From Ignavibacteriota bacterium (GTDB lineage Bacteria > Bacteroidota > Ignavibacteria > UBA10030 > UBA6906), in assembly GCA_016707525.1 (NCBI GenBank), contig JADJHP010000003.1:76677-140676 (forward strand): a stretch of 64,000 nt of DNA, given 5' to 3'. A model generated the notes under the pieces. That model was not told the origin of the DNA. It saw only the letters and a program-made list of their open reading frames with translations, and did no database searches. Position numbers and translations under genes: made by a program. Positions 54,893-64,000 of the stretch are shown piece after piece; position 1 is the first letter of the stretch, and the number at the start of each line of letters is the position of its first letter.

Positions 54893-56272
54893 TTACAGGA
54901 GCGTCCCCGCCAGGATGAAGGAAGCGACGCTGAAGTAGATCACCAGTCCTGTCACGTCAACAAGCGTTGCCACGAACGGTGCCGATGAAGCCGCGGGATC
55001 TGCACCGAGTGCCCTGAGGAGGAACGGCAGCATCGATCCGGACAAGGTACCCCACATCACCACCCCCACCAGACTTCCCGAGACGGTCAGCCCCACCAGC
55101 AGCCAGTGTTCGCCGTAGATCGGCGAGAATGCCGACCAGACTGCAATGCGAAGGAATCCGATTGATCCGAGGATGAGGCCAAGGATGAGTCCGGAGAGAA
55201 GCTCGCGTCTCATGACACGCCACCAGTCCGCCAGCCTGATCTCTTCGAGTGCCATCGCACGGATGATCAGGGTCGCGGCCTGCGACCCGGAATTGCCCCC
55301 GCTGGAGATGATCAGGGGGACGAACAACGCGAGGACGACGGCGCGGGCGATCTCGTTCTCGAAGTAGCCCATGGCCGTTGCCGTGAGCATCTCCCCTAGG
55401 AAGAGAACCACCAGCCATCCGGCACGCTTCCACACGAGCGTGAGGAGTGGTGTTGCGGCATACGGGGTCTCGACCGCTTCCAGACCGCCGAATTTGTGAA
55501 TGTCTTCGGTGTGCTCTTCCTGCGCAACGGCCAGGGCATCGTCGACGGTCACGATGCCGATCAGGACGCCTTCTTTATCGACCACCGGAAGTGCGGTCCG
55601 CCCGTAGCGCTGGAACATCTGAATGGACGCTTCCCTGTCTTCCGTGACGTTCAGGGAGACGACGATCCCGTCGGCGATCGATCCGATGGACACCTCGGGG
55701 GGAGCGAGGAGGAGTTCGCGGAGCCGTACGTCATCCAGAAGGACTCCCTTGGTGTTGACGATATAGATGACATCGAACGTCTCGCTGTCGCGTCCGTGTT
55801 TCCGGAGGTTCTCCATGACCGCCGCAATGGTCGTTTCAGGCCGGACGGCAAGGTACTCGGGCGTCATGAGGCGCCCGATGCTGTTCTCGGGATATCCCAG
55901 CAGGGCCTGAGCAACGCGCCGTTCGTCGGGAGAGAGAGATCCGATCAGGTCACGTGCGATCGTACCGGGAAGGTCCTCGAGCAGTGCGGTACGGTCGTCG
56001 GGGTGCATCTCGTCCAGCAGCGAGACCACCTCGGCCTTGCCGAGTTCGGCGAGCAGTTCCCGCTGGGCGGTGCCGTCCAGGTATTCGAACGTCTCCAGGG
56101 CGATCTGTTTCGGGAGGAGGCGGAACAGGACGGCGCGGTCGGTCGGTTTGATATCCTCGATCACCTCGGCGATATCGGGGACGAGCATCTCTTTGAAGAC
56201 GGCCTGCAGGCCGCTGAAGTCGCGCGAAGCGATGAATGCTTCGAGTTCCGGTTGGATGATCTTGCCGATCAT
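54893..56272 (-). CDS. mgtE: Magnesium transporter MgtE
   Basis: ORF trimmed to MIGKIIQPELEAFIASRDF, with the ATG at 56272. MgtE N-domain, tandem CBS domains, and a C-terminal TM domain. Confidence 0.85.
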   Translation of the reverse strand: MIGKIIQPELEAFIASRDFSGLQAVFKEMLVPDIAEVIEDIKPTDRAVLFRLLPKQIALETFEYLDGTAQRELLAELGKAEVVSLLDEMHPDDRTALLEDLPGTIARDLIGSLSPDERRVAQALLGYPENSIGRLMTPEYLAVRPETTIAAVMENLRKHGRDSETFDVIYIVNTKGVLLDDVRLRELLLAPPEVSIGSIADGIVVSLNVTEDREASIQMFQRYGRTALPVVDKEGVLIGIVTVDDALAVAQEEHTEDIHKFGGLEAVETPYAATPLLTLVWKRAGWLVVLFLGEMLTATAMGYFENEIARAVVLALFVPLIISSGGNSGSQAATLIIRAMALEEIRLADWWRVMRRELLSGLILGLILGSIGFLRIAVWSAFSPIYGEHWLLVGLTVSGSLVGVVMWGTLSGSMLPFLLRALGADPAASSAPFVATLVDVTGLVIYFSVASFILAGTLL

Positions 56273-56460
56273 GGGGTGTTCTCTACGATGGTTCGTTCGC
56301 TGAGCGAAGACAGGTAAAAAGCGATTATCAGCACCGTGACGGCGATTCCGGGCATGGACGATCAATGGACAAGGGTGGAGACGGTACGGACCTTCTGAGG
56401 ACTGGAGGTGGTTGGCCCAAGATACCATCATAAGGTCGGAGAGTGGCGAGGAAAAAGCAA

Positions 56461-56489
56461 TTGACATTTTCCCCGAGAAGCATTATCTT
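56461..56489 (+). promoter_or_regulatory. Candidate sigma70 promoter for tRNA-Asn (TTGACA-17 nt-TATCTT)
   Basis: TTGACAttttccccgagaagcatTATCTT, about 70 nt upstream of the tRNA. Confidence 0.45.
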
Positions 56490-56557
56490 GAAAATATCCT
56501 CCGGGTTGGACAATGAGCGGTACATCGCGGTGGTTCAGCGAAGAGGATGAGGTAGAT

Positions 56558-56629
56558 TCCGCGATAGCTCAATGGTAGAGCATGCGGCTGTTAACCGCAG
56601 GGTTGCAGGTTCGAGTCCTGCTCGCGGAG
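56558..56629 (+). tRNA. tRNA-Asn (anticodon GTT)
   Basis: 72 nt. Acceptor stem TCCGCGA/TCGCGGA, D-arm AGCTCAATGGTAGAGC, anticodon loop CTGTTAA, T-arm GGTTCGAGTCC. CCA is not encoded. Confidence 0.85.
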
Positions 56630-56635
56630 CACAAG

Positions 56636-56672
56636 AAAGCCCCGGAAGAAATTCCGGGGCTTTCTGCGTTTT
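56636..56672 (+). terminator. Intrinsic terminator after tRNA-Asn
   Basis: AAAGCCCCGG-aagaaatt-CCGGGGCTTT followed by CTGCGTTTT. Confidence 0.7.
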
Positions 56673-56722
56673 GGAACACGCCCTACGCTATGCAATCGTG
56701 GCATCCCTGATGGCGATCACCA

Positions 56723-59413
56723 CTACCGGAGAACCAAAAGCCTCCCGGGTCTCCGTGAAGTTGCCCCCTGCAGTCTATAGAAATAGACCCCGCTTGAAAA
56801 TCCTCCCGCATCGAATTGCACGCTATGATCCCCCGCATCCTGTTCTCCATCCTGCAGAACGGCGACCTGCTGGCCGAGAACGTTGAACACCGTGAGCTTC
56901 ACGCGCATGCGTGCAGGCAAGGCGAACCGGATGGTAGTTGTCGGATTGAAAGGATTGGGAAAGTTCTGCGCAAGCATGAATCCTCCAACAGGATCGGCAC
57001 GCCTCTCCCGGACGGCAGTAACCGACGACCCGGGACTTTTCAGCAGCGTTCCCGCATTGCCGGCGATGAGCTGGGTCTGCCCGTTCACAACCGCGATGGT
57101 ATGCAGATCCTGCGTCGTCCCGCTCACCATGTACCCCCACGTCGCTCCTCCATCGGTCGTCCTGAGGATCGTGCCCCGGGCTCCCGCCACCCAACCGGAA
57201 TCGCGGCCGGAGAATGCAACGGCATTCAGGGATGATCGCGTTGGGACCCCCTGTTGCAGGATCCAGACTTCGCCACCATTCGTTGTCCGGTAGATACGGC
57301 CGAAGTCCCCCACGAGGTATCCTGTCAGCGAGTCTGCGAATGTCATGCTCTGCATGGTGAGCGTATCGGTAAAGGTCCAGACCGTCCAGGTGGCACCGCT
57401 GTCCTGTGTCGCCGCCAGAGTGCCATGGTCCCCCATCGCCCATCCTCGCGATGGATCAGCGAAGTATACACCCCGGAGAGTCCTGGTGGTCGACAACGGT
57501 ACGAGCGTCCAATGTATGCCGCCATTCGTGGTCGTGTAGAGCACACCTCCCGTTCCCACAACCCATCCACGGGTGGCCGAGAGCATCTGGATCGCGCACA
57601 GGCGGCCACCCTCAGGCACGCTGACAAGCGACGGCTCCCAGGAAACACCGCCGTCTGATGTGCGGTTTATCGCCGCAGAGTCGATGACCCAGCAACGGAG
57701 TGGATCCACCGCACTCACTCCATATGACGGTTTGTTTGATTGAGAAGATACGGCCGCCCAGGTGAGTCCGGCATCCGTTGATCGAAGGAGCCCCGACTCT
57801 CCCGCCAGCCACCCTGACGCAGGGCTCGTGAAAGTGACCGCATTGATCGCCCCGGGCGTTGGTGAAGCAACACGCTCCCACGCAGGAGGGGCGGGCTTCA
57901 TGTTCACCGTGAATGTGATGCTGTCTCCCGGGAAACCGATCTCCGAGAGATCCAGATTCCCCATCAGCCCTGATGCGAGGATGCACGCCGGATTCGTCAT
58001 CCCGCTGATCGCCGTGCGTGCTGGCCTGCAGAATGCAGCGGAATCCAGCGTGCCGTTCAGTTGGAAACCAAGGTAGGGATTGCCGCCCGGTCGATAGGGA
58101 TACACTTCATCGGGAGGGCCATCCGCATTTCCGCGAAGGAGACTATCGATCCGGTATACCAGCAACCCTTCGCCCGGAAGAATGCTCTCAAAGATGGAAG
58201 TCCGCTTCCGATACTCAAGGATGAAGCACTCGCCTTCCACAGGAGAATCGATCCTGTAGCAGTTGTTCGAGGGTGAAGTCAAGGGCCGAAGAGAATAGCG
58301 CCCCGATGTTGTGATCCGCGGGATCGTGTCGATCCATCCCAGGTATTTGTACCGGAGCCATGCCCCGGTGTGTTGAGGGATCTCCCGGGTATCCGCCATG
58401 AGATCCCAACGACCGACTGGAACAACGTTATCCGATGTGGTGTACCGATACGTGTCAGGCGCACCAAGCGAATGTAACATTTCATGGACGAACACGGCAA
58501 CGGTGGCACGCGACTGCATCTGGACATTGAACAAGTTCACCTTCTTCGTCCCGATCATCGGGCCCATATCCCGCATCGACGACATATGAGGCCAGAGGAA
58601 GGTACCCCGTGCAACAGGATCACCCTGTATGATGAAGCACACGTTGTCGACATACCCGTCCCCATCGCCGTCGAGCACAAGGCCGTTGGGGATCTGGCCA
58701 GCGATAGCGCTGATCGCCCGGTCAGTGAGTTCCCGTTCGCGGATGTACCGTTGCGAGGGTGGATAGCCGATGGTGTCGCTTGCGCTGTACGGATAGTAGT
58801 ACGCGCGGGGCCGGACATCCAGATACGAGAGGACCGTGGATCCCGGCTGTGTCGGGAAGAACGATGTCATCACCTCAAGCCGGCCGAACGATATCTCCCG
58901 GATGTAGTTGTACACCGAGCTCACTCCAGGAGTGGCCTCATTGAATTTGGCGACATACTGCGCGAAGCTATCCCCGAATGCGTCATCATCACTGAAGCGT
59001 ACGAAGATGACCAGGTTGGACATCACGCCGGTCCTCGGCGTGGCCGCGTGCACTGGCGGTGCATACTCCGGCGTCAGGGCACGGATCGCCTCTTCCGCCT
59101 GGAGGGAAATGTTCGCGTGCGGAAGCAGCCCTGCGCCGGCGGGATCATCTCGGCCGGGGAGTTCGGCTGTCGGGACAAGCAACTCTCCCCTCCGCTCGGC
59201 GTACACGTAGAACCCACTCGTCCGGTCCTGGATGATGGTGAACCCGTTGCGGTCGTGGAGCCAGTTATGATACTCGTCGCCTGTCGCAAAGCATTGCAGC
59301 GTACTGCCGTCCGGTTGCCGGACGGTGACCGGAACATCGTGCAGGTACGCCGTGTGTGAGATGAACGGAAGGAGAAAGAGGCACGTGATAAGAATGGCAA
59401 TGCGCATGTGCAC
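56723..59413 (-). CDS. Secreted M6-like (immune inhibitor A-like) zinc metallopeptidase with BNR/sortilin-type repeats and a T9SS C-terminal sorting domain
   Basis: Signal peptide, then the zinc motif HEMLHSLGAPDTY. At least six SxDxGxTW-type repeats. C-terminal NFPNPFNPTTTIRF...VYFYRL, a type IX secretion CTD. Confidence 0.7.
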   Translation of the reverse strand: MHMRIAILITCLFLLPFISHTAYLHDVPVTVRQPDGSTLQCFATGDEYHNWLHDRNGFTIIQDRTSGFYVYAERRGELLVPTAELPGRDDPAGAGLLPHANISLQAEEAIRALTPEYAPPVHAATPRTGVMSNLVIFVRFSDDDAFGDSFAQYVAKFNEATPGVSSVYNYIREISFGRLEVMTSFFPTQPGSTVLSYLDVRPRAYYYPYSASDTIGYPPSQRYIRERELTDRAISAIAGQIPNGLVLDGDGDGYVDNVCFIIQGDPVARGTFLWPHMSSMRDMGPMIGTKKVNLFNVQMQSRATVAVFVHEMLHSLGAPDTYRYTTSDNVVPVGRWDLMADTREIPQHTGAWLRYKYLGWIDTIPRITTSGRYSLRPLTSPSNNCYRIDSPVEGECFILEYRKRTSIFESILPGEGLLVYRIDSLLRGNADGPPDEVYPYRPGGNPYLGFQLNGTLDSAAFCRPARTAISGMTNPACILASGLMGNLDLSEIGFPGDSITFTVNMKPAPPAWERVASPTPGAINAVTFTSPASGWLAGESGLLRSTDAGLTWAAVSSQSNKPSYGVSAVDPLRCWVIDSAAINRTSDGGVSWEPSLVSVPEGGRLCAIQMLSATRGWVVGTGGVLYTTTNGGIHWTLVPLSTTRTLRGVYFADPSRGWAMGDHGTLAATQDSGATWTVWTFTDTLTMQSMTFADSLTGYLVGDFGRIYRTTNGGEVWILQQGVPTRSSLNAVAFSGRDSGWVAGARGTILRTTDGGATWGYMVSGTTQDLHTIAVVNGQTQLIAGNAGTLLKSPGSSVTAVRERRADPVGGFMLAQNFPNPFNPTTTIRFALPARMRVKLTVFNVLGQQVAVLQDGEQDAGDHSVQFDAGGFSSGVYFYRLQGATSRRPGRLLVLR

Positions 59414-59856
59414 CCCCAGCGTGAAGCGGTCTGAAATCTGGAATCACGGGAGGAAAGGGATCAGGACGGGATTGATACGAATCCCCCACTCCGATCAATC
59501 AACATCATTAGGTGGGGGCATCTGCTCCTCTCTCCCTTTCCGGTGAGGTGTCGAATTGTCCGACATGGCATTGCTGATCGGTCAAGGGCCATATCGTTCC
59601 CCGGTGATGCCATTCAATAATACGGCTCGGCAGCGAGGTTGTCAAATCCGATGTGAACCACGAATGATCACCGCGAACGAACTTTCCGTCACTTCATGTC
59701 CCGTCTGGGAGTCGATGTTGCTCATCATACGATCCATTCATTCAGCAGAAGATATGTACCATCCGTGATAGGAGACCCCGCCTTGCCTGCCATCAAGCAG
59801 CTTGGGCGATGATCCAAGAAGAAGAGGTAGATGTGGACCCGGCTACCCAGCCTTTT

Positions 59857-60162
59857 TCACATACCCTTCAGCACTCTGCTTACCCAGACCCTGATCACTC
59901 CCAAATGCTGGGCCAGATCCGTTTGCGTCGTGAATGGTCCGTCGTCAAGCATTCGGCGGTACAGTCGTTGTAGCGCCACATAGTCGATTCGTGATCTGGT
60001 GATCCTCTCCGTAACGAATGGGAGTATCAGACCGCACTCACGCAAGTGCATGATTCCGCCCGCCGATATCTCCCGCGACGAATGGAGAGTCGCTTCAGTG
60101 ATCGAAAAGACCTTCTCACCATGTGCGGAATTGCGGATTTCAAGGGGAATCCGGACCAACAA
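59857..60162 (-). pseudogene. Probable gene remnant: a 101-aa ORF resembling only the C-terminal region 3/4 (HTH) of a sigma-70 family factor
   Basis: ...YVALQRLYRRMLDDGPFTTQTDLAQHLGVIRVWVSRVLKGM resembles the sigma-70 region-4 HTH. There is no region 2 and no credible RBS, and it lies in a 1-kb mostly non-coding stretch. Confidence 0.35.
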
Positions 60163-60193
60163 AAGTTTGAGTTATGGTGTCTTTCGCGGAGCA

Positions 60194-60229
60194 AGGGGTC
60201 CCCTCAGACGGGACCCCTTTTTCTTTTTT
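60194..60229 (+). terminator. Strong orphan intrinsic terminator on the + strand
   Basis: AGGGGTCCC-ctcagac-GGGACCCCT followed by TTTTCTTTTTTG. No convincing + strand gene ends here. Confidence 0.65.
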
Positions 60230-60443
60230 GTCCAGTGTTGCAGGCTGAGTCCCGATGCCCTTCATCGGGACGAAATCCCTCCGTTCGTTAGCGGGATGCG
60301 AGTTGAGCCCCTCAATTTTGCACATAGTCTCCCCCGTTGCATTAGCAGGATCCTGCTCGCTGGCCCCCCCGATTGTACTGGAGTAAGTCCACATATTTAG
60401 TTAAATTTGTGGAGTCATCATCCACATATTTGGGGCCCGCATT

Positions 60444-61658
60444 GTGATCGAAAGAGCACTTCATATTGAACGGCTTCTGAAACCCAGGAAGGTCCTGATC
60501 ATGTACGGGGCCCGTAGGGTTGGCAAGACGACCCTCCTGAAAGACTTCCTGTCTCATTCGAAGCTCAAATACCGTATTGATTCCGGCGACAATATCAGGC
60601 TCCAGCATGTGTTCGAGTCGCAGGACTTTGAGGCATTGTCCGATTACGTCGAAGGGTATGAACTGATTGCGATTGATGAAGCGCAGCAAATCAGGAACAT
60701 CGGCATGGGCCTGAAGATCCTTGTGGACCAACACCCGTCTCTCAAGATCATCGTTACAGGTTCCTCTTCTTTCGACCTGTCACAATCGGTCGGTGAACCA
60801 TTGACGGGCCGCAAGAAAACGGTGGTCCTCTATCCGATGTCGTTGTTGGAACTCGGCGCCCTCTACAATAAGCAAGAACTCTCAGAGCAACTGGAAAACT
60901 TCTTGAGATTCGGGCTGTATCCTGAGATCATCACGACGAAAAGCAAGAAGGGAAAGATGGAAATCCTGCGGGAACTTGTCGATTCCTACCTCTTGAAGGA
61001 CATTCTCAGCCTCGAAAAGATCAAGGGTTCGCGCCAGCTTCTGGATCTCCTCAAGCTTCTTGCATTCCAGATCGGCAATGAGGTGTCTTTCACTGAGTTG
61101 GCCACACAGGTCCGGCTGGATGTGAAGACCGTAGCACGCTACCTCGATATCCTGGAAAAAGGATTCGTGATCCAGCGCATCGGTGCATTGAGCCGGAATC
61201 CGCGCAAGGAGGTGACCAGCAAAGCGAAGTACTATTTCTTCGATGTCGGCATCCGGAACGCCATCATTTCGCAGTTCAATGAGATCGGAGATCGGAACGA
61301 TACAGGAAATCTCTTCGAGAACTTCATCGTCATGGAGCGCCAGAAAACGAATGCCTACAAGCAGAGGATCTCTCAGACATATTTCTGGCGAACCTACGAC
61401 GGACAGGAAGTCGATGTTATTGAGGAACAGAATGGCAGGATCCACGGCTATGAGGTGAAGTCGTCTCCGGGAAAGAAATCCAGAACACCCTCATCGTGGA
61501 AAACAACATATCCGGATGCCCTTCTGACGCTGATCAACAGAGAGAACTATCTCCCGTTCATTCTGGATGAAAAGCGTAGAGAGAAGCAATTGCGCGAGGA
61601 CATACCGCAGATCCGGGGAAATGAACGCGTAGAAGTTCCGGTCTATTGCCCCCCGTGA
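60444..61658 (+). CDS. AAA-superfamily ATPase with a DUF4143-type C-terminal domain
   Basis: P-loop GARRVGKTT and a Walker B motif ELIAIDEAQ. 404 aa. Confidence 0.8.
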   Translation: MIERALHIERLLKPRKVLIMYGARRVGKTTLLKDFLSHSKLKYRIDSGDNIRLQHVFESQDFEALSDYVEGYELIAIDEAQQIRNIGMGLKILVDQHPSLKIIVTGSSSFDLSQSVGEPLTGRKKTVVLYPMSLLELGALYNKQELSEQLENFLRFGLYPEIITTKSKKGKMEILRELVDSYLLKDILSLEKIKGSRQLLDLLKLLAFQIGNEVSFTELATQVRLDVKTVARYLDILEKGFVIQRIGALSRNPRKEVTSKAKYYFFDVGIRNAIISQFNEIGDRNDTGNLFENFIVMERQKTNAYKQRISQTYFWRTYDGQEVDVIEEQNGRIHGYEVKSSPGKKSRTPSSWKTTYPDALLTLINRENYLPFILDEKRREKQLREDIPQIRGNERVEVPVYCPP

Positions 61659-61665
61659 TACCAGG

Positions 61666-64000
61666 CTACTTCACAACCAACCGATACGTCTCGATCGCCT
61701 GATGTCCGACGGGTACCGATATACGGTTCCCGCTCTGGTTCATGGGACCGACTTTCACCTCAATGATGTCCGTCGAGAACGATGCCTTCGCTTCGAATGG
61801 AAGCCCAATGCGGGCCGTCGCGCTCTCCCTGTCCGCCTCGTAGAGCCGGAGGATCACATCATCGTTGTCTTCCGCCTTCTTCATCGTGCTCAGCACGATA
61901 TTGTCCGCCTCCACCGAGAGAAAACTCTTCGATCCGGGAAGCGTCCCGCCCGCATGACCGGGATCGAGCACGACCGCTGTCAGCGGAGAATTCGCCTCGA
62001 CGCCGAACCGGCGCCCGTTTCTCCATCCGGGTTGATGCGATGTGAGAGAGAATCGGAAATCATGATCGCCGGTCTGCGGATACCAGTTGCCTTCCCAGTG
62101 GCAGCTCTTCCGGGAGGCCAGGAGGATCGGCTGCAGCAACGTCGCGGTATCCGTGCTGTCGGTCGGATTCCGATAATCCCATACGGCGACGCTTGAGCTC
62201 AACGTGATCCCGAGGTCATTGTCCGAGGCGTTGATCCAGTTCTGGATCGTGCGCGGACGGACGCCCGGAGCCGGACTGGTATACCGCTCTCCCGGCGCAC
62301 CGCGCATTTCGTCCTTCCCTATCTCGACCGTTTCGAACGGTGCTTCGTACGCAACCGTGCCCCGGTTGACGTTCACCGGGAACGCCAGACGGAACTCGCG
62401 GTAGTGCGTTCCATCCCATCCAAGCAGCGATGTTGAGAAGTCGATCTGCCTGAGGGCATGATACAGAGTGATCCGCTGTACCACGGTCGTGTGCTCGATC
62501 GGCTGGCGGAGTTCAAGTACATCTCTGACCGGTCCCTGCTCAAGGACATACCAGCGCGAGGGATGATTGCTCATCCTGTCGAATCCCTCCATCGTCGGAT
62601 ATTGGGGGTCAGCCCATTCTCCCGCATCCTCGCCGATCGACTGCATCGTGAAAAGTTCGCCTCCAAGAAACGCCGAGCGTGCCAGCAAATTCTTTCCGAG
62701 CTTCTTGTCGGTTATCTGCTTCACGCCGCCAGGCGCGAGGGCGATGCGGTAGTGCTCGTTCTCAATGATGCTGGGGGCCGGCGCATTCGCCGGCGAACCG
62801 GAAACCGCATTGCCACCGACAACCCGGTACGTCGCATACCCGATGGAGGGGACCCCGGCGGCGATGAAGGTGATCTCGGCGCTCCGTATGCTTCCATCGT
62901 CAAAGCGCTCGAGTCTGCTCACCTGAGCCGGGATCACTTCTCCCCCTGTCCCCTGATCCCCACTCCCTTCTTGAACATCCCCTTGGCCGGTTCCACCGTG
63001 CACGTCACTGCCCCTGTCCGCTTCCAGCTGAGCCGATTGAAGACCACAACGGGGATACCTCCCTTCGTGTCCCTCCTCACCATCTTTGCGATATTCTTCG
63101 TGGCTTCGCCATAGATCTCTTTGGACATATCGCGGGCCGTCCGGTACTTCGCCAGGAAGGTACTATCCGTGACGTCGCCGTTCTTGCCGCCCCATCCGTG
63201 ATCAGGATAGAGCTGCGCTTCCCACGCCGCCGTCAGGCGCGCGGCGGGGTAGCCGGAGAACGAACGGGCGAGAAGTGCACCGATCGTGGAGAAGGTCTCC
63301 GCCGCGGTGAGGTACGTGTCCGCCTCCCGCTTGGCGTCGATCGCCCAATGATGGGTCGGCCCGTGAATATACAGCCAGATGTTCGGCCGTTCCCCGCGGA
63401 TCTCCGGGAAGGAGCGGCCTTCCTTTGCGACCTGATCCAGCCACCCGGCTGCCGTCGAGTACTGCAGGGCAGGCAGACGGAGGGGTTGACTCTCGCCGGA
63501 TTCCGACGTGATGGAACTCAGGCTGTTCCAGGTGTGCATGAAGTCGCCATAGTTGATCGGGGCGCTCATGTCACTCATCGAGATCACAGGGATGGCTCTG
63601 GTGCCATTGGGAATGCCGACGGCCCAATCGCGGGAGAACGATGCGAGAAACCCTGCAGCCTCGTGGAACGGCTTCCCGAGCGAGCGTTCGATGAAGAGTG
63701 CATAGTGCGCAGGACTGAAAACAGTGATCGACGAGCTGTCGTAACTCTTCCAGGTGTACAGTCCTTTTTCCTGACGGCTCACGATGAGCGCCGGGACGCC
63801 GGCCTTCGCCATCACCTGGGGCATCTGTCCGGCCCGCCCCGGGACGTCCGGGTTCCATGCAACTCGCGAATCGCATCCGGGGAAATTCGTCAGGAGCCAT
63901 TTCTTACCCGCGTAGAACTGGCGGACCAGCATTTCGCCCGAGCAGAGATCTTCGTACGGCATATTGTAGCTGGCGCCGATACCGAGCCGTCCGTCGGCGA
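61666..64000 (-). CDS. GH38-like alpha-mannosidase, partial (it continues beyond the window end), with an apparent frameshift near 62934-63003
   Basis: The ORF track reports it as 62934..63962 plus 61666..63003. The upstream part carries VAWNPDVPGRAGQMPQVMAKAG (a GH38 N-domain-like W-x-PD motif), and the downstream part is a beta-sandwich C-domain. Confidence 0.55.

Noticed and set aside
56273-56557. A possible M-box (Mg2+) riboswitch upstream of mgtE
   Set aside because: MgtE genes are often M-box regulated, but the minus-strand leader (285 nt) does not show the conserved GGUGAGGCUCC-type core that I could recognise by eye. This needs a covariance-model scan before it can be claimed.
59857-60162. 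A Crp/Fnr-family HTH interpretation of the 101-aa ORF
   Set aside because: The C-terminal HTH resembles both Crp-type and sigma region-4 helices. The protein ends right after the recognition helix and lacks any effector domain, so it is treated as a gene fragment rather than assigned to a family.
60343-60361. A 10-nt exact (12/13) match to the tRNA-Asn 3' end, considered as an attR site
   Set aside because: The match is too short to exclude chance and no integrase or excisionase is present. It is kept only as a supporting detail in the tRNA-adjacent finding.

Overview
This 64 kb window is high-GC (about 65%) bacterial chromosome, densely coded and mostly on the minus strand. Several features point to an FCB-group-like organism (Bacteroidota / Rhodothermota / Chlorobi-like), but taxonomy cannot be fixed from sequence alone: a T9SS C-terminal sorting domain, a TonB-dependent receptor with a CarboxypepD-like N-terminus, and a hemAXCDBL-like heme gene order.

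Main blocks, in window order:
- A partial Rrf2 regulator and a secreted dienelactone hydrolase, flanked by a family of palindromic REP-like repeats.
- A nine-gene heme biosynthesis cluster on the minus strand, in transcription order hemX-like, hemA, hemC, hemD, hemE, hemH, hemY, then an AT-rich perfect palindrome, then hemB and hemL.
- acs, followed by a proline-rich tandem-repeat protein.
- A divergently transcribed ECF sigma / zinc anti-sigma pair, followed by four tightly coupled small cysteine-motif proteins (DUF2892, DUF1858, a 60-aa GCxSGTC membrane protein, a membrane thioredoxin).
- An amino-acid permease, an AI-2E transporter, a stand-alone cNMP-binding protein, and a hybrid histidine kinase.
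- A complete trp operon, trpE-G-D-C-F-[DAHP synthase]-B-A. It carries a classical attenuator: a sigma70-like promoter, a 27-codon leader peptide with three consecutive Trp codons, and an intrinsic terminator.
- A second, paralogous hybrid histidine kinase.
- A glycan-utilisation region: a GH2+GH127 fusion, an MFS sugar porter, a GH27 alpha-galactosidase, a beta-helix hydrolase, a TonB-dependent receptor and a GH38-like mannosidase.
- mgtE and a tRNA-Asn with its own promoter and terminator, followed by a T9SS-secreted M6-like metallopeptidase, a sigma-factor gene remnant, an orphan terminator and a DUF4143 ATPase.

Four or five genes show single-base frameshifts at homopolymers: the amino-acid permease, the beta-helix hydrolase, the TonB receptor, the GH38 gene and possibly the hemL 3' end. 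This indicates either assembly indel errors or local gene decay.

No CRISPR array, integrase or transposase was found. The candidates I would follow up are the ECF-controlled thiol-protein operon, the trp attenuator with an embedded DAHP synthase, and the degraded region next to tRNA-Asn.
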